In this document: in pieces, positions 36,012 to 47,148 of the stretch
Position numbering within the stretch: the first letter of the stretch is position 1
Layout of the letters: each line of letters starts with the position of its first letter
Assembly: GCA_950097015.1 (NCBI GenBank)
Contig: CATNEN010000001.1
Location: forward strand, 4,030,001-4,094,000
From: Macrostomum hystrix
Taxonomy: Eukaryota; Animalia; Platyhelminthes
DNA: 64,000 nucleotides
Reading direction: 5' to 3'
Notes under the pieces: model-generated
Seen by the model: the letters and a program-made list of their open reading frames with translations, nothing else
Told to the model about the DNA's origin: nothing
Databases searched by the model: none
Translations under genes and position numbers: made by a program

Positions 36012-36635
36012 GGAGGGAAAGGTGTCACCCTTTGACCTTAACAGGGTATGCGGCCAGTCCGCAGCGTTCGTGCACCTGTGCGTGATCAGGTACCTCTGGC
36101 TACGGCTCGGAGGGAAAGGTGTCACCCTTTGACCTTAACAGGGTATGCGGCCAGTCCGCAGCGTTCGTGCACCTGTGCGTGATGAGGTACCTTTGGCTAC
36201 GGCCCTGAGGGAAGGGTGTCACCCTTTGACCTTAACAGGGTATGCGGCCAGTCCGCAGCTTTCGTGCATCTGTGCGTGATCAGGTACCTCTGGCTACGGC
36301 TCGGAGGGAAAGGTGTCACCCTTTGACCTTAACAGGGTATGCGGCCAGTCCGCAGCGTTCGTGCACCTGTGCCTGATCAGGTACCTCTGGCTACGGCTCT
36401 GAGGGAAGGGTGTCACCCTTTGACCTTAACAGGGTATGCGGCCAGTCCGCAGCGTTCGTGCACCTGTGCGTGATCAGGTACCTCTGGCTACGGCTCTGAG
36501 GGAAGGGTGTCACCCTTTGACCTTAACAGGGTATGCGGCCAGTCCGCAGCTTTCGTGCACCTGTGCGTGATCAGGTACCTCTGGCTACGGCTCGGAGGGA
36601 AAGGTGTCACCCTTTGACCCTAACAGGGTACGCAG
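36012..36635 (+). repeat. 97-bp tandem monomers in the LINE 5' region (~6.4 copies)
   Basis: GGTGTCACCC recurs at 36021, 36118, 36215, 36312, 36409, 36506 and 36603. Confidence 0.95.
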
Positions 36636-36819
36636 TTTTGAACTGCGGGTCTGGCGCTGCTTTCTGCCGCCCTCTAAGGCCCAAGGTCTCGCCGTGCCGA
36701 AGGGCGCTTGGCCGGGGAGTAGTCCGGTCTTTAGCGGCTCCTTTTTTATTTCTTTTCTCTATTCTTGTGAGTCACCGCTCACCCTCCTCCCGCTTTAAGG
36801 AGGAGGGTGAGCTTCTTCT

Positions 36820-38375
36820 GCCCAATCTTATAAAGAAATCGAAACCGGGAATCCCCCGGCTGCTCCGGCCGCTACCAACAGCGCCAACGCCGCCCCATCG
36901 GAGGCTACTGGACCCGCTGCCGCCCTGTCTGACGGGAGACCTGCCCCCCGGACCTATAGGCATCCGGTCCCAGGAAGCCCGTCACGGCCGAAACCAGCGC
37001 CGCAACGAGCGGCGTCGGCGTCAGCGCGAAAGGGAGGCCGCGGTTCGGCAATCCGCGGAGGTGGTGCCTCAAGTGGGCGAAGGTGCGGTTGGGCCGAAAG
37101 GAGCCACCGCCACCTCAGCCCCTCGGGAAACTACCTCCGCTGGGTCGCCACCCGCTGAGCCCTCCAGCAACACAAACACCGGAAACGTGGCTGGGCCATC
37201 CGGAGCCGCCACACATGCAACGATGGCCAGCGAGGCCCCGGCCAGCCAACCATCTACCAAGGCCAAGGAGTTCTACGCCTCCAAGGCCAGTGCCATGCTC
37301 CAACCCGCGGTCATCGTTTTTGAGGAAGAGAAAGACCTCACGGCCGAGCAGCTCGACAGTGCCTGGCGCATCATCGACGCTGCGCTCATTGACCAGCTCC
37401 TGGCATGCCGCCCGGTGAGCGTGGTCAAATCGGCCAAAACGGAGCCGTCCGAGTTGCATTTTCATCTGGTGCAACTCGGAGGAAAGCAGCCGAGCTCTAC
37501 GCGAGCTTCTGCCACAGCTAAAGTGGCCTAAGAAGCTCGGCAAGCTCACCTTCGCTAGCGAAGGCCAACGCCTTAAGACCGAGCGCTTCCGCGTTTGGAT
37601 CCCGAATGGCAGTGCCATCAAATCTGGGGATCAGCTTAGGCAGATTCTGCTGAAGCTGCACCCCGACCTTGAGGCCAACGGGCTCCTTCACCATGCCTCC
37701 TCCCGCAAGGAGACGGGGTTCACGGTGATCCTGGGGCTCTCGGATGCGTGGACCAAGCGCCTGCCGCCAAAGTCCATCATTCACCTCGGTCTAACTCAGC
37801 TGACCATCCTCCGCTGCGAGGAGCGGAAAGCTGGGGAAGCCAAAAAAGCCAAAGCTCCTGAGCCCGGATCCGGGGCGCAAGCTCCTCTGGCGAAGAAGCA
37901 GAGGCAAACGGTGGATCCCCACACCGGTAAAGCAGCTCGCGCTGCCGAATCCGGACCTCGCGACCACAGGCCTGCCAGGTCCACCCGGAGATCTGGGCTG
38001 GTCCAGCGTGCGCTGGAACAAGCCAGGACCCTCAGGGCGCACCTCGAGCGGGTCCACAAACCGAACGCTCCACCGAAGCAGCTAGTGGGGCAGGAGCGAC
38101 GAGGAGAGGCGCCGACTGACTCGTTTGATGCTAGCAACCACCAGGCGGATCGCGCCATCCACGTTGACCTGACCGACGAGGCGAGCCTGGGCAGCATCGG
38201 CGTCACGACGCAAAGGGACGGCGAGGGAGACACTCATGCTGGGCATATGTCCGCTGAGGGCTCCTCAGCCACCCTGACCGCCAGGGGCGCCGAGATTCCC
38301 ATGGAGCTATGCGAGCCTTCCATTTCCGAAAAGGAAGAGGAGGAATTGCTACGCGACTCCCCTGCGCGGCCATGA
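36820..38375 (+). pseudogene. LINE ORF1-like region, frameshifted
   Basis: Arg-rich and low-complexity ORFs (36533, 37725) whose stop overlaps the ORF2 ATG at 38372. Confidence 0.6.
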
Positions 38376-40470
38376 TCAGCAGTCCAGGAATTAGCGGCCT
38401 GCAGATTAATCTGCAACACAGCGTCGCAGCTTCGGCTAACCTGATGCGTCAAGCCGAGCTCGACAAGCCGGGTCTCATCCTAGTCCAGGAGCCGTCTCCA
38501 AAGGTAAGCCCCAAAACGTGCCTTCTGGGTATCAACGCCCACCATACCCACTGGGGCAGCACAGGGACAAACCAGAGAGGCGAAGACCTCCTGTCCTATG
38601 TTACCTCTACGACCCTGGAGTTCTGTAACTCCGGGTCTACGCCTACCTTCGACAATGGTCGCTGGTCAGAGGTGATTGACGCCACGCTCGCTTCACCCAA
38701 GCTCTTTCAGAGTATCGGGGAGTGGCGCGTTCTTCCGGAGCCATCCCTCTCTGACCATAAGTTCATTCACTTTCGTGTGGCGAGCGCTCGCAGCCATAAC
38801 CACATCACGTGGAGACGGAACGCCAGAAATACTGATTCGGAAGCCTTCAGGCATGCCTTGGAGGCAACCCATCGGTCTTCGGGCCAACCACCCACTATTT
38901 CGACGTGCCGAGAGGCGGACGAGTGCGCGACTGTTTTAACAGTCCGCTAACCGCCGCCTTCGAGGCTGCCTGTCCCCTAAAAGCCTACAAAGGGAAGACA
39001 TTTGCGCCGTGGTGGAATCCTCAGCTCGGCGAACTCCGTCGCAGAGCGAAGAAATTACACAGAAATTAGACCACACTGAGGGAGGCCAGATGCTGGCTGC
39101 CTCTATCATCACGGAGGACCGCATCGTTAAAGCGGCCACCTCCTTTAAGCCTTTCAAGGCTCCAGGGCCTGATGGCATCGTACCTGCCTTTCTTAGAGAG
39201 GCGGTTAAACGCCCAGGTTTCCTGCGCTCTCTTTGCAGCCTCTATCGAGCCTGCATCACGCTCGGGTACGTCCCGCAGGCATGGACCGAGGCGAAGGTGA
39301 TTTTTATCCCGAAGCCAGGCCGCCCGGACTACCAGTCTATTAAATCCTTCAGACCAATCAGCCTAACCACCTTCCTGGTCAAGCTGATGGAGAGACTAGT
39401 GCTGTGGCGCCTTCTCTCAGTGGAACTGAAGAACGCGCCGCTCAGCGACAACTAGCATGCTTTTCGGGCGGCTCGCTCCACCGAAAGCGCGCTGCACGTT
39501 CTGGTCGACAAATTGGAGAAAGCTGTGCTTGGCACCGGCTTCGCCTTAAGTGTCTTCCTGGACATTGATGGTGCCTTTGACAACGTCCTCTTCGAAGCGT
39601 TCCGCAAAGCCCTTTACGAGAGGCACACTCACTCGTCCCTCACCAGATGGATCATGTATATGATCAGTCATCGCACGGTCACTGCCAACCTGCTGAGCCA
39701 CCAACGGACGGTCCCCGTCCGCAAAGGGAGCCCGCAGGGAGGGGTCCTCTCTCCTATTCTCTGGAACATGGTCATTGACGAGCTCCTCCGAGACGATCAT
39801 CCTGACCCAATCCTGAAGGTGGGGTATGCGGACGATGTCACTGCTGTGGCGTCTGGCCCATCCCCTGACACTCTCAGGGACCTCCTTCAGAATTTCATCC
39901 ACTCTGCTGAACAATGGGCGGGTCGCTGTGGTCTGAAGCTCTCCGAGACCAAGACTGCAGTGATCATGTTCACCAGCAGAAACAAGCGGCAGATACAGCC
40001 GCTTAGGCTTTACGGTAAGGAAATTTCCTTCTGTAAGCAAACCAAATGCCTAGGGATCACCTTGGACCATAGGCTGAACTGGTCTCCCCATGTTCAAACC
40101 AAAACCAAGAGGGCCCTCGCGATCCTCGCGCAGCTGCGGAGGGCCGTTGGCACCACCTGGGGGCTCACCCCCAAGCGCCTCTGGTGGATCTATACTGCAA
40201 TGGTCAGGCCAGCTGTCTCGTACGGCAGCTTGATCTGGGCCAGTGCCCTGCAGATGAAGACCTGCCTGGAGGCACTTAGGAAAACGCAAGGGCGCGCTTG
40301 TCGCATGACCATGAGTGCCCCACCGTCTGCTCCTTACGACGGCCTCAATGCCTTCCTCGACGCTCCCCCGCTGGACATTTTTGTCCGCAGGGAAGCCGCC
40401 AAAACAGCGCGTCGGCTCATTGATGCCGGCGTCCGCTTCACGCCGCAAAGAGCAATGGCAAAGCGCAAAC
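38372..40470 (+). pseudogene. LINE ORF2 (APE endonuclease and RT), with deletions and stops
   Basis: Motifs in ORFs 38309, 39009 and 39513. Confidence 0.9.
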
Positions 40471-40530
40471 AACAAATTTGTAGCTTTTTTATTAAAAAGC
40501 CATATTTTCTTTCTGACCTCCATCGTATTT

Positions 40531-40908
40531 CCATGGCTTTCCCTGCGGCAGAGTACATCAATGCATTTACATAGGCTCCTATGTTCACTCACTAACCCCA
40601 AGGTTACTCCAGCCATAGAAAAGCACGATATGAAATTTCAGGTCTCTATGCATTTCAAATATTTGTGCGGAACGTAATGCAGTGAACAGTGAATATACTT
40701 CTGGCATGCTTTGTAAAAGTGGGTCAGTAATGTACACTACCCTTGTTTCTATTTTTAGCAAATCCGACTGGGCCTCCCCGGAACTGCCACGGCTTTCCCT
40801 GCGGCAGAATCCACCAATGTATTTACATAGGCTCCTATGTTTACACACTGAGCCCCGTGGCTTTTCCACGGAAAATCCTGCGGCAGAGTGCACATAACCC
40901 CTACTACT
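40531..40908 (-). repeat. right TIR of Polinton-2
   Basis: Inverted copy of 20772-21138 ending CTACTACT. Confidence 0.95.
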
Positions 40909-42074
40909 CCCTAGCTTTCATAGGCTTGGCTACACCAGTTAAGGCGGACTTTGCCAGTTTCACATCAACTGGATGCCGATTCACGATTTCGACAACGGCA
41001 GAGCCTTCACGCATAGTAACAAGAGTGGGGACCATTTCTAAAGTCCACTCTTTGGCTCTTACGCCTTCTCCAACTACTTCGATAGTCATCGGTGTACCAT
41101 AGTTACATTCTCAGCCTTTGGCTAGCCTCACAGGAATTCTTAATGCACTGTTAGCTGGAATAACAGTTCTCTCCTGAGTGTACACACTGCAAACTTTCAC
41201 TGGGAGATGCGTAAACTGCATTGGGATACACGATCCTTCATGGAGTACTAACATGCCGTTGGCAATGTTAATGCTCTCACAGTATCCAAGGAAAAACTCC
41301 ATTCCAAGTATATTGTCACATTCGTGACTACATAACAAGAAATCGATTTCTACCTGGATTTCGCCAAATTTCACAAAAATGCAGCATTCTCCTTCTAGTT
41401 GTACTCGTGTGCCATCAAAGGTGGAGACTCTTTTATTAGTGCTTTTGATCTGGTCAGACTTAATCAGCTTTGTCCATACGGACTTACTCAGGTAGCTGTT
41501 TCTTGCTCCCGTGTCAAGGATAAAATTCACATCGGTCTTTTTGATGCTTCCTACTACTACTGCTTCGTAACCTTCGGGTTGCACTAATTCTAGTTTAACA
41601 TTAGAACAAGTTTTAAAAATATTCTCACGTGTCCTTTGATTTTTCTTTGCAGGCCTTCCGACGAGTCTTCGGCTCTAGTTCCTCTGCTGAATCTTCTTCG
41701 GTTGCTTCGTCGATTGCTGACTCTTCGGACACTGAGACTGCTGATAACCTGGGTGCTGGCATGCTGAGTGATGACGCAATAGGTGCTGACGCGATAGGTG
41801 CTGATACTCGGGGTGCTGACGCATTGGGTGCTGATAGTCGAGGTGCTGACGCAATAGGTGCTGATAGTCGAGGTGCTGACGCAATAGGTGCTGATAGTCG
41901 AGGTGCTGACGCATTGGGTGCTGGTGCTGACGCAATAGGTGCATAACGCCTTCCTCTTTGGTAAAAACACTGGGACTTCACGGGATATCGAGATTTCTGG
42001 GAGGTCTGGGTTTCGAACTGGGGTTCACAAGAGGGGCGTGGCCTCGACTGTCGTCCGTCGGCATTCAGTTTCCC
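40909..42074 (-). pseudogene. Gypsy-A pol 5' part (repeat spacer and aspartic protease)
   Basis: FILDTGA and NILGMEF protease motifs (41111-41584); several stops and frameshifts. Confidence 0.85.
41770..41945. repeat. 15/30-bp coding tandem repeat (APIAS/APRLS)
   Basis: GGTGCTGA-based units read directly. Confidence 0.9.
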
Positions 42075-42979
42075 TGATGGGAATTCTGAGGTGCAAACTG
42101 CTTCAGCGGATACTGCCTTGAATTCTGACAGTTCTTCGCGATATGGCCTATTTTTCGGCAATTATAGCAAGTCGGCGGAGGCCTTGACTGCTGATATGGC
42201 TGCTGGAACCTAACCTGCTGCTTCATGAGCGGCTGGGGTTGTCTGTTCTGGCTTTCTGCCTTACTTTTCTCTTGGATGAGAGTCTCAATCATCTTCCTCT
42301 GCTTATTAATTTCCATCTTCTGTTTTTCGATTAGTTCTTCGAGATTTGTCTGCTGTTCATCGCCTAGTTCACCCTTCATTACTCTCAAGCCGTTCTTATG
42401 AGACATGTGCCAGGCGGCTTCTATCCTCCTCAGCATACGTCTGGCTTCTTGCAAACTGGCGGGTTGTGCGAAAATCAGTTTCTCTCGGGTGTCTGCAGGG
42501 ACTCTGGCACCTTTGATAAACTGTTCCACGACTTCCTCCTCACGCTGTTCAGCATTCATGTTAGGGAAGGCGCGGGATGCTAGTTCAATAAGTGCATCCG
42601 CGAATGAGTCAGTCGCTTCATTTCGTCCTTTTATTCGTCCACGAAATTCTTCTCTGAATTCCGATGAACTGCCCAATCGGCCAAATCTTTCCACCAACCT
42701 CTCCTTAAACTCGTCATAGGTCAATTCTTCAGGTAAGTTCAATCGTTGGACTGCCGCAAACGCAGTGGCTAAGTCCAGGTTAGCCAATAGTTCACTGTTT
42801 CTGTGTTCTTCTTGTTCGATCCCTTCGGTGTCACACCTTTGATCGAAGGCAGTCAGCCAAATCCGAATGTCCTGACTCGATGTATATTTTTTAATTTTCA
42901 CGTGCCTCATTGGGCCTAATTCTAACCGATTTCTCAATTCTTCTGCTAGTAGCCCAATGGCATCATTGATTCCTGCCAT
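42065..42979 (-). CDS. gag: Gypsy-A gag
   Basis: Capsid-like region and zinc knuckle CYNCRKIGHIAKNC; ends at a GGGAAAC slippery site; clearly similar to the gag at 51360. Confidence 0.9.
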   Translation of the reverse strand: MAGINDAIGLLAEELRNRLELGPMRHVKIKKYTSSQDIRIWLTAFDQRCDTEGIEQEEHRNSELLANLDLATAFAAVQRLNLPEELTYDEFKERLVERFGRLGSSSEFREEFRGRIKGRNEATDSFADALIELASRAFPNMNAEQREEEVVEQFIKGARVPADTREKLIFAQPASLQEARRMLRRIEAAWHMSHKNGLRVMKGELGDEQQTNLEELIEKQKMEINKQRKMIETLIQEKSKAESQNRQPQPLMKQQVRFQQPYQQSRPPPTCYNCRKIGHIAKNCQNSRQYPLKQFAPQNSHQGN

Positions 42980-43014
42980 AACGGTTTATTATAGTTGTGC
43001 CTGATTGGATTTCC

Positions 43015-43035
43015 AATCCTTCACCGCAGTCACCA
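43015..43035 (-). promoter_or_regulatory. primer-binding site of Gypsy-A
   Basis: TGGTGACTGCGGTGAAGG begins 2 nt inside the LTR end. Confidence 0.65.
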
Positions 43036-43037
43036 GT

Positions 43038-44362
43038 TGTTGTGGGGCCCTTTCTTTATTCTTATTCTTTGTAAATTACTTATAATTATCCACTGCAAAA
43101 AATGCTTAATTAATAGTCAACTTTCGTTATATTTAAAATTGCCCAAATTATAGGGGAGTATAACACTTTAATTAGATATATGTAAATTCAATAACTGTGG
43201 TAGCAAATCATAAGTGCCCGAGCGGTAAGACACTTTAACTGAATAGAATTACTCTTTTTAATATTTATTGGTTACACCCAGTCTTTTAAAAGGCTCCAAT
43301 GGATTGGAGGGTACCAGACAAGCACATGTAGTTATTTCTATCCAAACTGGCTTCTTGCTATCGTCTCGATAATAAACTGCCCTCCAATACGTTTTATGTA
43401 TTTTTAATGTTATGTCGTAGGGCCTCTCTCCTCTTGGTTTATACCACCGATACTCTTTTATTAATATTAAAAATTGCTTATTTCGCACCTTGAATTAACC
43501 TTTGAAATAACTCTTAGATTCCTTTGTCAATGACTTAATTAAACTTCATAGGCTGGCTATGTACCCTTTTATTTCATATGCATATATTGCTTCAATTGGC
43601 CAGATAGGCTGCTTTCCTTCCAAAATTTGGTAGCGTTCGCACGAGTGTCCGAGCGGCAAGACACTTCTTCCTCTCCTTACTTATAAACTATCTGGCTTTC
43701 TGGTTTGTTCCCAGTCTTTCAAGGCTTCCAAATGGACTGAAGTTGCCCAACTTTGCACACAGTGCTATTCCACCAATCGGGATTTACCCTCTGCTCTTTA
43801 GTTATTACACTCTACTGCTTTTTATAACTATCTCCTTCTTTATTCTTTCGAATATTCACCGACTTGTGTATTATCACAGACCTGCTTTTCTCCTTGTCTC
43901 TAAAATAATTGAATTCAAACACTTTGAGATTTATTCTCCTTTATTTCACTCAGAACTGGGCACGGGGCACCGGTTGGAGTTTTTGGGCTAAACTGTGGTT
44001 GTATTTATAGCAATATTTGAGGCGGGTGGTGAAACACATTAAAAAATATAAAATCGGGGAAAAGCATTTGGCGGGAATTCAAGTTATAAATCTACGGTAA
44101 ATTTGGGCCTGCCTCAGTTATTTCCTCTTTATAACAATTTTAATTCAAAGAACGCATGCATTCAGCAAATCTTATTCTTGAACTTGGGTTAAGCTCCCAA
44201 AAGTTAGTTTTTCTCCTTACAGCGCCGTATATTTATAGCAAAAATTGGGGGTGGGTATGCATATTGAAACAAAATTAAAGTGTAGTTAAACAACGGTGAA
44301 TTTCTATAATTTCCTAGAATTAAGCGAAGCTATGGTAAAATACAAAAATATAGCCTATTACA
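43038..44362 (-). mobile_element. 5' LTR of Gypsy-A (contains a nested solo LTR)
   Basis: TGT at 43038 next to the PBS; candidate far end ...GCCTATTACA at 44362. No partner LTR is available to confirm. Confidence 0.6.
43413..44116 (-). mobile_element. solo LTR (family S), TSD GTTA
   Basis: TGTCGTAGG...GGGCCTGCCTCA with GTTA on both sides. Confidence 0.9.
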
Positions 44363-44560
44363 AATATACATTTTATTCCATAATGCATTCACTAGCTTGA
44401 AGGAAGCAATAGATCTTTTCTGTTAATACACGTGCAGGACACTGGCTTAAAAAACACGTATGAAACATTCGCCGACACTTATTCAGACACTTCTACAGAC
44501 ACTTAAGTTTCTGTCGTACGGTTATGAACAAGCATTAGATTTGTCCAGGACACTTCCTAA

Positions 44561-45381
44561 TGTTGTACTCGCGACTTCCCGGAGGGGTGCCCCTAGGAGG
44601 GTCAGAGTACGCGGGCCCGTGCTGGCCTGCGTCAGGGCGCGAGTGTCCGCACGGGACCCTAAGTCTGGGGCGTCAGGACGCACCCAAGTGGCCGGCACAC
44701 GCGTCGGGACGCTGTGATGTCGATCACCCTTCAGCGGGGCGGCAGGGCGCACGAGCTGGCGTCTGAGTACAGCGGGCGTACAGTACAGGGTGACCCCTGG
44801 CTGGCTACCTGGTCTAGTCCCCCTCCTTAGTCGGCGTCAGGACACACGGACGGTCCCCACTACAGCCCCCGAAATGAAGGAGACAAGGCAGCGACTTACT
44901 TCTGGTTCACTCGCACTCGTGCGGGTAGTCAACTTCGTTCAGCGGACTTCTGATTGCGGCTGGCAGACCGGGTGGTCGATATTTATTAGTTATTATTTGT
45001 GCGTGGGGGACGGGTTATGGAAACAGAGTCAGGCGTTGTAGAGCGTGAACACGCGCACGGGGCAGCCACCCGCCCCCGGCCGCGCCTTTATAGGACACGG
45101 CTCACGAAGGGCCGGGGCCCCCTCCCCCGCCCCACCCCCACCCACCACCCCGGCCCAGCTACCCACCGGCCAATCACGGCGCAGCTGGGGGAGGGGCAGC
45201 CTGGGGCGAGGACCAAAAAGGGCGGCCCAGCCAACAAGCGCGCAGCCAACACAATGGCGGCTAAGCGGCTTACACCGCTGAGCCTTTAACGCCAAAACAA
45301 CAATGCCAAAAACAACTGCGAGTGCACTTGTTGCGCAGGGGGGCGAGTGCACTTGAGCAGTGCAAGCGCACGTGCACAACA
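44561..45381 (-). repeat. 3' LTR of Gypsy-J (821 bp)
   Basis: Near-identical to 52510-53330; preceded on the minus strand by PPT GAGAGGCGGGG (45382-45392). Confidence 0.97.
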
Positions 45382-46048
45382 CCCCGCCTCTCAAAAAAAA
45401 GAAAACACAATTATGGACAGAAAACGCGTAGTACAGTAATCACCCGCCACCAAAAAAGATAGTGCTGCTAAACTAAAAAGAATGACGCAAGGCATGACCC
45501 CCAAAAATCAAATGAGAAGACAAAAAAAGGAATTCCAAAAAGGATGATGCAAGGTCTGTCACTCAAAGGGCAACGATGAAAAGGGCCAAACAATGACGCA
45601 AAATCTGAACAGTCACTTCAGGCAGGGCCCACTCGCCTCCCCTGGTGGTGTCAGAGCTCCAGCTGTCTTTTGTAGCGGCGGCATGTCCCCGTCCGGATCC
45701 AGCGTGGCGTCCTCCCCAGCCTCGGGTCCGGGTCTGCGTCGGTCTACGATTTGATCTCCTTTCCGGCGTCGCTGCCCGCGTCTAGAGCCTTCTGCCGCAG
45801 CGCGAGGCCGGTGACCCGCGACCCGCTTGCCAACCTGCGTCGTCGCCTGACGACCCGGCTGGCCGGCACTCCACGGCCGCAGGATCTTCCTCACTCCGCT
45901 CCGGAACCGGCCACCGTCTCGTCCCCATCACCTCGGTTGCCCCCCCTTAACAAACACAGCCCTACTTTCCGGGATCGCGAGCCAACACCACTGACCACCC
46001 TCAAGGGCACCTGCCTGCCACCCGCCCGCACACCCCACACTCCACCCA

Positions 46049-47032
46049 CTAGCACTCGCACGCCACCACCCGCGCACACCAGCGCAGCAGCGCGTGGATT
46101 TGGCCCGCACCTAGCAGCTCGAACCGTGGGATCACCACCTTCCGCATCACTCGCGCTGCTTGCTTAAAACAATCGCTTTTCCAACCGCTCCGGCGACCGC
46201 GTCCCTTGGACCATGTCACTGCCATGTCCCGTCGCAGGAACTTGAGTACTTGAAGCGTCACCGCCGTCAAATAACGCCTCGGCTCTTCCCGCCGCGCCCT
46301 AAACAGGTCAGCCAGCTTCTCATACACGTTCACGATCCCTTCCTCATCGCCCTTCAGCAGTGCCGTTCTCAGACCCCGGCGCAGCTCCGTAAATCTCGCT
46401 GTGATCGGTAACGGTAGCTTCTCCATCTCGACTGTCGTCGCCCCTACCGATACCAGCACCCAAGCCTCGACATCAGGCAGGTCCTCCCCGTCTGTCTCCA
46501 TCTCTTCGGCCTGGTCTGTTTCGTCGTCGCTGATAATGATGCAATAGCCGCTGTCTGGCGCATAGCTTCGCTCGAATGACTGACGGAAACCCTGTTCCTC
46601 TGCCTCCCAGCCGGGTGACCGACTTCCATCGCTGCCGGCAGACTCACTGGCGGTTCCCCCGGGTTCGTCGTCTACACGGGAGGCGTCCGTCTCCGGTTGC
46701 TCGTCCTCACCCGACATGTCTTCCTCTTCCAGCCTGATCGCTTCCAGGATGTCCTCTGGCACGGGGATGTCCCTCGGGAGTTGTGTCTGTCTGGCCAACT
46801 CTACCGCCGCGCTGAACGAGATCGACGCATCCCCGTAGATGTCATACAACCACCGCCGAAATGGGCAACCGAGAATTTCATACGCGACGTTGAGGGCTTT
46901 GCATTTCTCCTCGGCGAATGCCCGGTCTGGGTGCTTGTCTGGGTGATACTTCAGGGCTAGCCGTCGGTAGGCTCTCTTGACTGCGGTAGCCTCCACCCAC
47001 TGGTCGATCTCCAGCTCGTCATACAAGGACAT
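46049..47032 (-). CDS. J-domain (DnaJ/Hsp40-like) protein, retrotransposon ORF3
   Basis: SLYDELEI...VKRAYRRLALKYHPDKHP...AEEKCKALNVAYEILG.P.RR.LYD.YG is a complete J domain with HPD; followed by an acidic linker and a helical/basic C-terminus; intact 327 aa. Confidence 0.92.
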   Translation of the reverse strand: MSLYDELEIDQWVEATAVKRAYRRLALKYHPDKHPDRAFAEEKCKALNVAYEILGCPFRRWLYDIYGDASISFSAAVELARQTQLPRDIPVPEDILEAIRLEEEDMSGEDEQPETDASRVDDEPGGTASESAGSDGSRSPGWEAEEQGFRQSFERSYAPDSGYCIIISDDETDQAEEMETDGEDLPDVEAWVLVSVGATTVEMEKLPLPITARFTELRRGLRTALLKGDEEGIVNVYEKLADLFRARREEPRRYLTAVTLQVLKFLRRDMAVTWSKGRGRRSGWKSDCFKQAARVMRKVVIPRFELLGAGQIHALLRWCARVVACEC

Positions 47033-47148
47033 CTACGGGGTATCATTTCTTGCCGTTACACTCGCATTTCGCTCCTAATTCTGATCCGTGTGCCTGCCGA
47101 CTCATCCACCCGCCACTACCACCTACCCACCGCCGCCCCCGCACCCGT

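Larger units (their letters stand above)
35690..40470 (+). mobile_element. non-LTR retrotransposon (APE-RT, LOA/I-group-like), decayed and 3'-truncated, nested in Polinton-2
   Basis: GC-rich block with 5' monomer repeats, an ORF1-like region and ORF2 with LQINLQH/VQEP/NAHH..WG/SDH (APE) and KAPGPDG/FRPISL/GSPQGGVLSP/YADD (RT). Confidence 0.9.
20772..40908. mobile_element. complete Polinton/Maverick (endogenous adintovirus-like), Polinton-2
   Basis: Termini AGTAGTAGGGG...CCCCTACTACT, ~370-bp TIRs, 6-bp TSD CCCTAG (20766-20771 and 40909-40914), and the full INT/penton/hexon/protease/ATPase/pPolB set. Confidence 0.97.

Noticed and set aside
36012-36635. CRISPR-like array
   Set aside because: Whole units are near-identical with no unique spacers; eukaryotic context with no cas genes.
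44460-45394. ORFs duplicated at 52474-53367
   Set aside because: Spurious ORFs within the GC-rich LTRs.
46049-47032. host DNAJ gene or polyomavirus T antigen
   Set aside because: Lies between paired LTRs and is intronless; no LxCxE, origin-binding or helicase domain is seen.
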